The notes: generated by a model not told the origin, from the sequence alone. A stretch of 64,000 nucleotides of DNA from Candidatus Thorarchaeota archaeon SMTZ1-45 (GCA_001563335.1 LRSL01000095.1:14586-78585); one strand, 5' to 3'; shown: positions 1 to 10,130, numbered from the stretch's first letter. A program made the numbers and translations.

Positions 1-398
1 TTCGCCCTTCCATTTGCTGAGATTGCTATATGATCAATCAGATGAACCGAACCAATAATGAGATCAAAATCAGTCGAATAAAACTTGTCTGGAAGAGCGT
101 CTTGCACACCTGGATAACAGTCTACTTCCACTCCAAGAATTACTTGAAGGCCTAGGTCTTTATAGTGGTCTCCTGCTGTTCGAATTGTAGACTCATAGTC
201 TTCAAACCAAAAGCTCGAACCAACATCAACCCTCTTGCCCCGCACATTCACATAGCAATCTTCCGCCACTCGATCTGTATCCATATGTGTTGTGAATGCA
301 ATCTCTTTCAAACCTATATCAAGCGCAACTTGGCAGAACTCATCTACTTCTCCTTCAGCATCAATCGAGTAGTTGGGATGGATGTGGTAGTCAAACAT
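1..398 (-). CDS. PHP-family phosphatase, histidinol-phosphatase HisJ-like (3' end runs off the window)
   Basis: Not in the ORF track. Manual translation from ATG 398 gives MFDYHIHPNYSIDAEGEVDEFCQVALDIGLKEIAFTTHMD...ILGVEVD...DFDLIIGSVH, matching PHP motifs DxHxH, FTxH, GxE and GSVH. Alternative in-frame ATG at 422. Confidence 0.85.
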   Translation of the reverse strand, partial: MFDYHIHPNYSIDAEGEVDEFCQVALDIGLKEIAFTTHMDTDRVAEDCYVNVRGKRVDVGSSFWFEDYESTIRTAGDHYKDLGLQVILGVEVDCYPGVQDALPDKFYSTDFDLIIGSVHLIDHIAISANGRA

Positions 399-453
399 TG
401 TCTTCTCTCCATGAATATTCATATTTCAGATTGTCTAGAGTTAGATCATTGAG

Positions 454-1695
454 CTACTCTGGTTGAACTGCAGGGTCCAAGTAAAGATACGATTCGCCTG
501 TTTGGTCTTTTGGTTTGATCTCTCTCAAAAACAATGCTACAATTGTGGCAAGAGTAGTTGTAACAACAAGGAACAGAATTGAAGCAGAAAGACCATAGGC
601 ATCACCAATCAATCCGAATATTATTGGTGAAATTGCTCCAGGAATTGCACCCACAGAGAATAACAAACCAAATGCGAGTCCCCTTGAGGCACGTGGGCTA
701 ACTTCAGTCAAAAATGCTGTGTTGGGAGGTACTCCAAGATAGAAGAAGAATCCTATCACGACCAGCATAAGTATCAATACTGTCTGACTAAGTGAATAAT
801 TAAGTAAAAGTAGTGCTGGTGTAGCCAGTCCTGTTGATACTACCAGAAATGGTACTCTCCTGTTCAATCTGTCTGAGAGTGGAGCAGACACGATTTCACC
901 AACCAATCCAGCACTAAGCATTATTGTTGTTAGGTATCCCGCCCATATCGGGTCTTCTGTGTAGGTTGCAACCAAATATACTGGCATGAGTAATGATGTA
1001 CATCTGAATGACATCCCCCGAAGGCCCATAAGAGTCAAGCCTAGCCAATAGTCACGTGTCCATCCATCTGTGCCCTTACATTCATCATCAACATCCATGA
1101 ATCCCTCTTTGTATCCATCTCTTGACGATCTCATCAAAATGATTACTGGTATGAAAATAGCAAACCCCATTAAGCTAAGAGCAACAAGTGATGGTCTCCA
1201 ACCCCCTAATGCTACCAGAAGTGTAACACCTAGGAATGGAATCACAGCCATTCCAACCAATCCCCCCATTGCTTGAATTCCTGTGGCTTTAGCCAAAGCC
1301 CTCTGTGGGAACTTCTCTGCCAATGCAGGAAAAACACTTGGATGATATCCTGATGCTCCAATCCCAAGAAATGCTTGAAAGACTGCAAGTATCAGAAAAT
1401 TGCTTGAATAGCTAATGAGGAGCATAGCGACAGCACTCATGAGAATGCTTGATGAAATGAAAGCATCACGCCAGCGCCACCCTCTATCTCCCAGATACCC
1501 TACAAGTAGATGGGATATTGTCATCGCCACTACAGCTGCACTAGTGATGATTCCAATCTCTGTATAGTTCAGTGAGAGTTCGATTTGAATCAGTGGTAGA
1601 AATGGAGAAAGGGCTCCTGTATACACATGATTCAAGAAATGTGTCATCGTGACGGCTGCAAGAGTAGCATAGGATGCTTTCGTTATTCTTGACAA
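454..1695 (-). CDS. MFS transporter (FSR-like)
   Basis: 413 aa, about 12 hydrophobic helices, GYLGDRG and LSDRLNRR MFS loop motifs. Confidence 0.9.
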   Translation of the reverse strand: MSRITKASYATLAAVTMTHFLNHVYTGALSPFLPLIQIELSLNYTEIGIITSAAVVAMTISHLLVGYLGDRGWRWRDAFISSSILMSAVAMLLISYSSNFLILAVFQAFLGIGASGYHPSVFPALAEKFPQRALAKATGIQAMGGLVGMAVIPFLGVTLLVALGGWRPSLVALSLMGFAIFIPVIILMRSSRDGYKEGFMDVDDECKGTDGWTRDYWLGLTLMGLRGMSFRCTSLLMPVYLVATYTEDPIWAGYLTTIMLSAGLVGEIVSAPLSDRLNRRVPFLVVSTGLATPALLLLNYSLSQTVLILMLVVIGFFFYLGVPPNTAFLTEVSPRASRGLAFGLLFSVGAIPGAISPIIFGLIGDAYGLSASILFLVVTTTLATIVALFLREIKPKDQTGESYLYLDPAVQPE

Positions 1696-1936
1696 ATCGT
1701 AATTTCACAACCAGACAATTGTTGCTCCTATATTTCACTATGTTAAGCGTGCTGGTATAGATACTTGTACAAAAATTGAAGAAAAAAAGTCGGTGAGCCG
1801 ATGACATGAAAATAGTCCATGTCACCAGCATATTCCGACTTCGACTCGGAAAGGTTGTTAGTGAAGAATTCAAGCTTCTTTTAATATTTAAAGACCTAAA
1901 TACCGGCAATCATAGTGTTCCCTAGTACACCTTGTA

Positions 1937-3919
1937 TTAGACAAGCAATCCAGCTGTCCATAGTACTATCCGTAATGCGATGAGTGCATCGTCACCAGCA
2001 CCATAATCTCCTAACAAGGCGTAATTATCTATGAAGAAATTAGTCCCAGTTACAACGATTCTCCCACCCCCAGCATCCTCCTTGCATCCAAGGACTGGTG
2101 CAGACGGGTGATACCTTGCTAATCGGCTTCCATCAACTGGTATATTCAGAGTCGCTCCAGAATAATGAAATCCACTCACTCCAGAAGTGATAATGTGAGA
2201 ATCGATCTCAGAAATCAAGGCAGGATCATTTCCAGAAGGAACCTCTGTATTTGTAAGTTCAAAGCCGGTGAAGCTCAAGAAATCGTTCACTTGCGATATG
2301 TTCGTGAAACTAGAACCAAGAGTCGCTAGAAATATTCCGCCTCCAGAATTGTAATAATCCTCGTAGGCTTGTTTTTCGGTGTCAGAGAATGGCAACGAGT
2401 AGGTGATAGGTGAGGTTGGTGTTGTTTCATTAGTACCATAGACACAAGGGTCAAGAATGATGACTGAATCAAACTGCTGCAAAAATAAAAGCGAGGTTGC
2501 TGTGCTGTTTCTTATCTCACTAACAGAGATATCATTCATTGTTAGCTCCTTATAGAACTCTCTAAACTGTCCATAATATGAGTCAATTGACCACGAACTA
2601 TGGCTTATGTCAAAAGCAACTCTTGCAATTGCAGATGATAACTCGAATGAAACCTCAAGGCTTGTTGTTCCAAAGTCAGCTGACATGAATTGAATTGTGT
2701 TGTTGAGTAGCGAAGGTCCTGATGATGGCATGTTTGCTACGAGTTTAATGAGACGGCTCTGATTCACTTCGATAGTCGAAGGAATGTCAAAAATCTCAGG
2801 GGAGTTACCTGATATTGAAACTATGAATGTTGTACTTCCGGATGCTAGTAATCTAACACTAAACTCATAGATATCATCATAGAACAACTTCTCATAATCA
2901 ATAGGAAGAGTCGCTGGAAAAACCAGACTAAGAGCTGGTAATTTACCCTCTTGAGAAGATGATTCAATCAATGCGACTGAGTTTTGGACATTCAATTTAC
3001 CAGTTCCTACAACATAACTTGGATAGAGTGGCATTGGTTCTGCTCCTTTCATAAGTGCAGTCATGATTGAACCTGGAGTGTATGTGATGTTATTGTCAGC
3101 AGAATATCCAATAAGCAACGCAGCTGCGCCTGCAACACGAGGTGCAGCAAAACTTGTGCCATAGTATCTTGATGATAAATAGGTGGCCCATCCGTACGCA
3201 CTTATGTCTGGCTTCATGTATCTGTCGAATGTTGGACCAGTAGATGAGAACTCGGTTGGTGTGTCATCTTCATATAAGGCTGCGACCGATATGCAGTTTT
3301 CAAAGACACTTGGTGATGAGATACTAGTACCAGCCAGACCACTATCACCTTCATTACCTGCTGAGGAAACAACCACAACTCCCATACCAAAGGCCCAATT
3401 TATTGCCTCCTCAATAGGATCTCCCAGCACTGGACTTGATCCAAGACTCATTGTGATTACACTGCAATTTTGCTCAACTGCCCAATAGATTGCTGCAGCG
3501 AGAGCAATCGAAGTAGCTGATCCAGATTCACTCAGCACCTTACCATTCACAATCTCTGCATTGGCTGTTTCCGCGACAAGAGTTGCAACTAAAGTACCAT
3601 GAGGTACATTTTCAGGATATGAATCAGCAGTTGTTTCATCCGTTTCATTGTAACCGTATTGAGTTTCGATGAAACTCCGCTGTTCCACAACACGCCCTTG
3701 TAGTGCTACACCAATATTGATTCCTGAGTCTAAAACAGCAACTCTTACTTTGGTGCTCGGACCATCTGCGAGAGGTCCCGTCTGAATAATGAAAACTAGA
3801 CCTGTTGATATAACAAGCATTAGGATAATGATGACAGCGATAATTCGAGTTCCGCTCGATTTCTCCTGTCTAGGTGGTCCATGCCAATAGTAGTCATCCA
3901 TCATCTGTACCATACTCAT
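1937..3919 (-). CDS. Membrane-anchored S8 subtilase with C-terminal extra domains (Site-1 protease-like architecture)
   Basis: N-terminal TM helix; catalytic triad VAVLDSG / HGT / GTSFAAP; oxyanion SAGN; C-terminal alpha/beta domain (VAFDISH...GGRIVVTG). Confidence 0.9.
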   Translation of the reverse strand: MSMVQMMDDYYWHGPPRQEKSSGTRIIAVIIILMLVISTGLVFIIQTGPLADGPSTKVRVAVLDSGINIGVALQGRVVEQRSFIETQYGYNETDETTADSYPENVPHGTLVATLVAETANAEIVNGKVLSESGSATSIALAAAIYWAVEQNCSVITMSLGSSPVLGDPIEEAINWAFGMGVVVVSSAGNEGDSGLAGTSISSPSVFENCISVAALYEDDTPTEFSSTGPTFDRYMKPDISAYGWATYLSSRYYGTSFAAPRVAGAAALLIGYSADNNITYTPGSIMTALMKGAEPMPLYPSYVVGTGKLNVQNSVALIESSSQEGKLPALSLVFPATLPIDYEKLFYDDIYEFSVRLLASGSTTFIVSISGNSPEIFDIPSTIEVNQSRLIKLVANMPSSGPSLLNNTIQFMSADFGTTSLEVSFELSSAIARVAFDISHSSWSIDSYYGQFREFYKELTMNDISVSEIRNSTATSLLFLQQFDSVIILDPCVYGTNETTPTSPITYSLPFSDTEKQAYEDYYNSGGGIFLATLGSSFTNISQVNDFLSFTGFELTNTEVPSGNDPALISEIDSHIITSGVSGFHYSGATLNIPVDGSRLARYHPSAPVLGCKEDAGGGRIVVTGTNFFIDNYALLGDYGAGDDALIALRIVLWTAGLLV

Positions 3920-4100
3920 TTAATTAACATGCGGCTTGTGAACCCTAACTTCAGAGCACATGAACCTATCGAATACTGAACCGGAAAGCTTCAAAAGGTA
4001 CAGAAAGGAAACTGCCTGTGTCGGACTTGAGGTAGGAACATTCGAGTTTGATTTATCTATGAAAGAAGCGAAGCATGATTACCCTTGAGAGGTAACAGCA

Positions 4101-7016
4101 TTGTTTAATGAAGACGCCATCACATCGGAGAGTAACATAACTAATGCATATCATGCAATGCCTCTTGAGGAAGTCCTAGCGAGTCTTCAGGTTGATCCTG
4201 AAGAGGGGTTGACCGCTGATGAGGTAAAATTAAGGACCCAGAAGTATGGTCAGAACGCGATACCAAAAATTCGTGGTCCGTTTTGGCAAGTCTATATTGC
4301 TCCTATTATGAACTGGTTGATTACTATCTATATACTCAGCTCCTTTGGACTTATCATAATCGCACAGTTACTTCCTCCAGGTCAGAATGAGATGGGGCAG
4401 GCTTTGGTCTGGTTGGGGATTGTAACAGTTAATGCTCTTGTGGCTATCTTTCAACAGTATCGGGCACAGAAGAAATTGGAGGCTCTTGAGAAACTCTCAG
4501 CAGGAGAAGCTCGTGTCATTCGTCAAGGATCAGAAACTGGCATTCCTCCATTTGAGATAGTCCCCGGTGATATCATAAAACTAGATTCAGGTGACAGAAT
4601 TCCATCTGATGCAAGAATAATCAGCTCATCAAATCTTACTACTAATGAGGCATCCCTGACAGGTGAGAGTGTGCCAGTGGCAAAGGAAGAGGTAGTTCTT
4701 GGTAAGCGTGAATTACCACTCACAGACATGAGGAATATGGTGTTCTTTGGAACTTATGTTTCAACAGGAATGGCAACTGTGGTGACTACTGCGACTGGAG
4801 GTTTTACAGAGATCGGGAAAATCCAGGGAACCCTTGAAGCATTGAATACTGGTGATATACCACTCAGAAGGAAAGTGAACCTTCTAGCCAAATATCTTGG
4901 AATCGCTGCATTAATTTTGATGAGTGTGTCGGTTCTGTGGCAAGTCTTTGTATATGATTGGCTCAACAGTCAACCCCTCGACTTGGGTTTTGAGAATATA
5001 CTGCGACAGACGCAAGAGGCAATCACTCGCGCCATGACCATCATGCCAATCAACATACCACTTCTAACGACAATTGTTTTGCTAACTGGTGTCTTGGCCA
5101 TGGCAAAGAAAGGTGTCATCATTAGAGACCTTTCCGCTGTGGAAAGTCTCGGTCGAGTAAGTGTCATATGCAGTGACAAGACTGGAACCATGACTCGCAA
5201 TCAGATGACTGTCAAGTATTGTTGGGACACACACAACATGTATTCAATCAAGGGAGATGGGTACGACCCTACAGGTGGCATCTATCTTTTGAAAGGCGCT
5301 GATGATGTTGTTACACTTGAGGTCAATGAAGAAAAAGTACAGGATGTCTTCAAATGGAAGGGTCTCTTCCGCCTTATTGTCTGCGGTGGTATCAATAATG
5401 ATTCTGAGATTGTCAAAGAAATAATACCAGGCCAGGGTGAAATCTGGAAACCATTAGGAGATCCCACAGATGCTGCTTTGCTTACATTGTTTCGCAAGAG
5501 CGGGATTGATGAGGAAGTTGTTACTAAGAAATATGAAATAGTTGAGGAGTTTCTATTTGAATCTGAGCTTAAACGAATGACCAAAATCTGTAAGGATGGC
5601 AAGAAGTTTGTTTCTTTTACCAAAGGCGCAACAGAAGTCCTCTTACCAAAATGCACAATGGTGGACGGAAAGGAGTCTCCTACAAAGATAACACCTGATA
5701 CTGTTAACAAGGTTCGGATGCTCACTACCGATTTTGCCTCGAAAGGATATCGTATCATCTCACTTGCATATCGGCAATTGGACAAGATACCTACTGGTAA
5801 AGATGCTCGAGATGAAACCGAGAATGATCTCATCTATCTTGGATTCGCTTGTATTGTTGACCCACCAAGGGAGGGCGTGAAAGAGGCGGTTGCAGCCTGT
5901 CATAGCGCAGGTATCAATGTTATAATGATCACTGGAGATGCAGCAGCTACTGCGAAAACCATCGCAGAAGACCTTGGTATCTTTGCCCCAAACTCATTGG
6001 TTGTTGAGGGCAATGAAATCGATGATGTATCAGATGAAGATTTTGCTAGAACCAATGTTTTTGCACGAGTAAATCCGGATCATAAACAAATCATTGTCGA
6101 ACGATATCAGGATCAACAGCGTGTTGTTGCTATGACTGGTGATGGAGTCAATGACGCACTCGCTCTTGCTATGAGTGATGCTGGTATAGCCATGGGCATC
6201 ACAGGGACAGATGTGGCGAAGGAAGCAGCTGACCTTGTAATAACGGATGATAGTTTTGCATCAATTGTTTCAGGTGTGCATCAAGGGAGAGGTCTCTTCA
6301 ACAAGATACGCATGATGATATATTTCTACATTGCAATCAACTTGTTTGAGAGCATGATTTTCTTCGGAGCCTTATTCTTCCTTCCAGACACAATTACCAT
6401 GTTATCAGTATGGCAAAGTATCTACTTGGTTGTGACAACTCACTCGTTCCCTGGACTAGCACTTGTTTTTGATAGAACATCGCCATACGCTATGGAAGAC
6501 AAACCGCGTGATAGTCAAGCGCTCATCACACGCAACCTGGGAAAGTTCATGGCATTGAATGTCATTCTCATGACACTTGGAGCAGCAGCAGTCTATATGC
6601 TCACCCTCACTGAGTGGGGTGGTATTGTCGAAGTCTATCCAGAAAACCTCACTGGTTACTACGGAGCCATTGTTGACTCTCCATACAAAGCTACTGTTAT
6701 GCTTCTCTCATTGATTCTACTTGTTGAGAGCACTATTGTCCTCAGTATACGTAGAATCAACATGCCTATACAGCGGGGCCTCAGAGAGCCTGGAACCTGG
6801 ATCTTTGTAATTCTACTAGGTCTAATTTATCTAGCTCACTATCTCCTCATGTATGTACCACTCGCACAAGAAATCTTGACAATATATAATCTAGATTTCT
6901 ATTTCGCACCACTCACCATGTATGATTGGTTCATTGTCCTTCTTGGGGCTTTGCCATCTATGGTTGGCGTTGAGCTGTACAAATGGCGTTTCAGGAAGCA
7001 GGACATTGACCTATAA
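4101..7016 (+). CDS. P-type ATPase, type IIA-like scaffold with non-canonical transport site
   Basis: LTGES, CSDKTGT, KGA, DPPR, MITGD and TGDGVNDA motifs; 10-TM pattern; TM4 reads IMPINIP instead of AIPEGLP. Confidence 0.95.
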   Translation: MFNEDAITSESNITNAYHAMPLEEVLASLQVDPEEGLTADEVKLRTQKYGQNAIPKIRGPFWQVYIAPIMNWLITIYILSSFGLIIIAQLLPPGQNEMGQALVWLGIVTVNALVAIFQQYRAQKKLEALEKLSAGEARVIRQGSETGIPPFEIVPGDIIKLDSGDRIPSDARIISSSNLTTNEASLTGESVPVAKEEVVLGKRELPLTDMRNMVFFGTYVSTGMATVVTTATGGFTEIGKIQGTLEALNTGDIPLRRKVNLLAKYLGIAALILMSVSVLWQVFVYDWLNSQPLDLGFENILRQTQEAITRAMTIMPINIPLLTTIVLLTGVLAMAKKGVIIRDLSAVESLGRVSVICSDKTGTMTRNQMTVKYCWDTHNMYSIKGDGYDPTGGIYLLKGADDVVTLEVNEEKVQDVFKWKGLFRLIVCGGINNDSEIVKEIIPGQGEIWKPLGDPTDAALLTLFRKSGIDEEVVTKKYEIVEEFLFESELKRMTKICKDGKKFVSFTKGATEVLLPKCTMVDGKESPTKITPDTVNKVRMLTTDFASKGYRIISLAYRQLDKIPTGKDARDETENDLIYLGFACIVDPPREGVKEAVAACHSAGINVIMITGDAAATAKTIAEDLGIFAPNSLVVEGNEIDDVSDEDFARTNVFARVNPDHKQIIVERYQDQQRVVAMTGDGVNDALALAMSDAGIAMGITGTDVAKEAADLVITDDSFASIVSGVHQGRGLFNKIRMMIYFYIAINLFESMIFFGALFFLPDTITMLSVWQSIYLVVTTHSFPGLALVFDRTSPYAMEDKPRDSQALITRNLGKFMALNVILMTLGAAAVYMLTLTEWGGIVEVYPENLTGYYGAIVDSPYKATVMLLSLILLVESTIVLSIRRINMPIQRGLREPGTWIFVILLGLIYLAHYLLMYVPLAQEILTIYNLDFYFAPLTMYDWFIVLLGALPSMVGVELYKWRFRKQDIDL

Positions 7017-7126
7017 GCACCGTCAGTTAGGAATTCTCAAAAAATCCAGATTGTATATACATTATATATTTTGAAATGGAACTCTATAAATGATGGATTT
7101 CACACAGTATTTATGGAGATATCAAT

Positions 7127-7984
7127 TTGGCTCGGAAGACAACTCATAGCATCCGTCTTATGAAGAAGAAACGCAAGAAGATCGTCATGCTTACGGCATA
7201 TGATGCACCAACTGCTGCAATCCTCAGTGAAGTTGGTGTTGATATGATTCTTGTAGGGGACTCCGTTGGAAACTCATTACTAGGTTATGAGAGTACAATT
7301 CCTGTCACTCTTGATGATGTTATTCATCATAGTGCAGCAGTTGCTCGAGCCCGACCAGACTGTCTTATTGTGGGTGATATGCCCTTCATGTCTTACAAGA
7401 TAAGCTCAGAACAGGCACTAGAAAACTGCAGTTTAATGCTTCAGCAGGGTGGAGCCGAAGCAGTGAAGATCGAAGGTGGTTCTGACTCTGTTGTTGAAAT
7501 TGTGAAGACCATTGTAGATGCAGGAATTCCTGTCATGGGTCATATTGGTCTCACACCCCAATCCATCTATCAGTTGGGCGGATATCGCATTCAGGGTCGT
7601 ACCGCAGAAATGGCTGAAGTCCTAGTGCAACAAGCTGTCAAATTAGAGGAAGCTGGCGCTTTCTCCATGGTCGTAGAACTAGTTCCCTCTGAAACCGCTA
7701 AAATCATCACCGAAACAGTAGGTATACCTACCATTGGAATTGGTGCTGGTCCGTATTGTGATGGACAAGTCCTTGTACTCTGGGACATGCTGGGTCTCTT
7801 CGAAGATTTCAAACCTAAATTCGTAAAGAAATATGCAAATGTTCGGGATTTAATCAAAAATGCTGTGTCTGAATATTCTAATGAAGTTCGAGCAGGCATG
7901 TTTCCTGATGAAAAACATAGTTTTGAGATGTCTGAAGAAGAAACCGGTCGACTCTATGGTCGCACAAAACCTAAAGATGATTAA
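7127..7984 (+). CDS. panB: 3-methyl-2-oxobutanoate hydroxymethyltransferase
   Basis: MLTAYD, ILVGDS, DMPFMSY, AVKIEGG, HIGLTPQ and IGIGAGPYCDGQVLV motifs. Confidence 0.97.
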   Translation: MARKTTHSIRLMKKKRKKIVMLTAYDAPTAAILSEVGVDMILVGDSVGNSLLGYESTIPVTLDDVIHHSAAVARARPDCLIVGDMPFMSYKISSEQALENCSLMLQQGGAEAVKIEGGSDSVVEIVKTIVDAGIPVMGHIGLTPQSIYQLGGYRIQGRTAEMAEVLVQQAVKLEEAGAFSMVVELVPSETAKIITETVGIPTIGIGAGPYCDGQVLVLWDMLGLFEDFKPKFVKKYANVRDLIKNAVSEYSNEVRAGMFPDEKHSFEMSEEETGRLYGRTKPKDD

Positions 7985-8006
7985 TTATTATTAAATCAGG
8001 AGGAAT

Positions 8007-8029
8007 CAAGCCCCCATTAAGAGGGCTTG
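8007..8029. terminator. Hairpin between convergent genes
   Basis: CAAGCCC-N9-GGGCTTG inverted repeat between the panB stop and the stop of the DUF1858-like gene. Confidence 0.45.
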
Positions 8030-8039
8030 CTTTCAGAGT

Positions 8040-8252
8040 CTATTTCTCTTTCTTTTCAATTGTTTCGTTTAGAGCTTTAACTAGCTGCTCTGCATTAATG
8101 CCATGTGCCTGAGCCCCTTGCTCAATGGTTTCAAATCTTGCAGCAGCGCAACCAAAACACATCAATCCGTGTTCTAGGAATGTTCCAGCTGTTTCAGGCC
8201 ACTTCATTACTACTTCGCCAATGCTCATGTCTTTCGTTACTGCTTCTGCCAT
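8040..8252 (-). CDS. DUF1858 / hybrid-cluster-associated redox disulfide domain protein
   Basis: TKDMSIGEVVMKWPET...GLMCFGC...ETIEQGAQAHGIN pattern with CxxC. Confidence 0.85.
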   Translation of the reverse strand: MAEAVTKDMSIGEVVMKWPETAGTFLEHGLMCFGCAAARFETIEQGAQAHGINAEQLVKALNETIEKKEK

Positions 8253-8334
8253 TGTATTCACCGTGTTAACAATAATTAATTGTCTTAGTATGTTGATGAC
8301 TTGAAATCTGCGAATATATACTTTGCTTTTGCTA

Positions 8335-8757
8335 CTAAAGCAACATATGATTGAGACCCATCTCTTTTAGAATTTCTGGATACACGTCATACAGGGGTTT
8401 AATCTTTGATAGCAATCCCAGTGCTTTTGCTACCGAGCCATCCAGCTTGACTTGACCTCTGGCCATTGCTACTGTTGTGTTGAGTTTTCCTTGCCAGAAC
8501 TTGTTTGTAGTTTCAGACTTTGACCAGACTGATATCTCTGGTTCAACATCGCTGTCAAAAGTCAAAGTTCCAATCTCACCACTTGGTCCGGGGTCTCTAA
8601 AGTTGATGGTCATATGAACCTCGGGATCTTCTATATCAAAGCGAACCACGACCTGCGATTTGGCAAGCTTCTCCATAATCTCTGTATGTTCCTTTGCCTT
8701 AGTCCAGAACTTGTTGAAGATTTCCTGAAACTGCTCTTTACTTTCAAAACCAGTCAT
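8335..8757 (-). CDS. Stand-alone SCP2 sterol/lipid-binding domain protein
   Basis: KFWQGKLNTTVAMARGQVKLDGSVAKALGL is the SCP2 C-terminal signature. Confidence 0.85.
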   Translation of the reverse strand: MTGFESKEQFQEIFNKFWTKAKEHTEIMEKLAKSQVVVRFDIEDPEVHMTINFRDPGPSGEIGTLTFDSDVEPEISVWSKSETTNKFWQGKLNTTVAMARGQVKLDGSVAKALGLLSKIKPLYDVYPEILKEMGLNHMLL

Positions 8758-8825
8758 TATTACTGATCTCCTGATTGAAAAATAATACTTCTGTTCGATA
8801 GAAATCTTTTGGATTCTCTGATAAA

Positions 8826-10130
8826 CTAGTTCACATGCATATATTTCTCTATTTCCCAGTCTGTTATTTCTGAGGCTCCAGGATCTCCTGTAGACTCAAC
8901 ATACTCATTCCACTCACGTTTCCTCATTGCAACCAAGGACTCGATAACAGAATCACCAAGCATCCTTTTCATAAGGGTGCTTCTTTCCAACTTCTCAAGC
9001 GCACCCTCCAAGGATCCAGGAAGGGACTCCAGAGCGACTCCCGATTCATATAGGTCCTTGTCTGTAGGCTCAGGTGGCTCTAATCCTCTTTCGATACCAT
9101 CCAGCCCTGCAGCAAGGATGCATGCAACAACTAGATGTGGTGAAGAAGTTGCATCAGGACAGCGAAGTTCAATTCTCGCAGCTTTTTCTGACCCATTGAA
9201 GAATGGAATACGAATCATAGTGCTTCTATTTCTATACCCCCATGCAACTCGTGTCGGAGCTTCAAAACCTGGGACCAATCTCTTGTATGAGTTCACTGTT
9301 GGTGCCAGAATCGCGGCCAAGTCAATTGCATGCTCAAGAAGACCTCCTACATAAGCCAACGCCAATTGAGAGAGAGAACAATACCCTGATGCAGCAAACA
9401 GATTTCGCGAGCTATCAAGTCCCCATATACTCTGATGAAGGTGCATACCAGACCCATTCATATCTGGAAACGGTTTTGGCATAAAGGTCGCAATCATCCC
9501 TCGTTTATGCGCCATCTCTGAGATGAGAATCCGAGACAGCATTATGTTATCTGCTGCAGTTTCGGCCTCAACAAATTGGAGTCCAATCTCTTGCTGTCCT
9601 TTTGCGACCTCGTGATGATGAGAGGTTGTTTCAATACCTATAGCTCTAAGGGCTCTTATGATATCTCGTCGAAAATCAAGAGAAAAATCATGAGGTTGGG
9701 ATGAGAAATAACCACCATGGTCAAGTGGTTCAAACCCATTCTCTGACTTTCTAGCAACTGTGAAGAATTCCAGCTCACATCCAACCATCAGCTTCAATCC
9801 CTTTTCCGCAGCCCTTGAAGTGATCTTTCTTAATATGTTTCTAGGATCTCTCGGATGGGGATTTCCAGAAACCTCATGAATCCTGCCTAGGAGATATGCC
9901 GCAGATGGGTCCCAAGGTTGGATGATTGGGGTGGCGCGAGATGGGAGGAGAAGAACATCACTTTCATTCACTAATGCATAACCGGGAACTGAGGATCCAT
10001 CAATCACAAGACCATGTTCGATAATTTCACCCAACCTATCATAGCCAACCTCTATACTTCTAGTATATCCGAGAAGGTCTGAAAAAATCAGTCTTAGAAA
10101 TTCAGGTTGTCTATGATCTTTATACATCAA
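8826..10130 (-). CDS. glnA: Glutamine synthetase family protein (GSI / gamma-glutamyl-amine ligase)
   Basis: IDGSS, GCELEF, HHEVAKGQQEI, ATFMPKP, NGSGMHLHQS, NSYKRLVPGFEAP, NRS and RIELR motifs. Confidence 0.9.
   Translation of the reverse strand: MMYKDHRQPEFLRLIFSDLLGYTRSIEVGYDRLGEIIEHGLVIDGSSVPGYALVNESDVLLLPSRATPIIQPWDPSAAYLLGRIHEVSGNPHPRDPRNILRKITSRAAEKGLKLMVGCELEFFTVARKSENGFEPLDHGGYFSSQPHDFSLDFRRDIIRALRAIGIETTSHHHEVAKGQQEIGLQFVEAETAADNIMLSRILISEMAHKRGMIATFMPKPFPDMNGSGMHLHQSIWGLDSSRNLFAASGYCSLSQLALAYVGGLLEHAIDLAAILAPTVNSYKRLVPGFEAPTRVAWGYRNRSTMIRIPFFNGSEKAARIELRCPDATSSPHLVVACILAAGLDGIERGLEPPEPTDKDLYESGVALESLPGSLEGALEKLERSTLMKRMLGDSVIESLVAMRKREWNEYVESTGDPGASEITDWEIEKYMHVN

Noticed and set aside
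165-452. 95-aa plus-strand ORF
   Set aside because: Antisense shadow of the PHP phosphatase gene on the minus strand.
5282-5833. 183-aa antisense ORF and the many other short ORFs nested in long genes
   Set aside because: Ser-rich antisense or alternate-frame shadows of well-supported genes.
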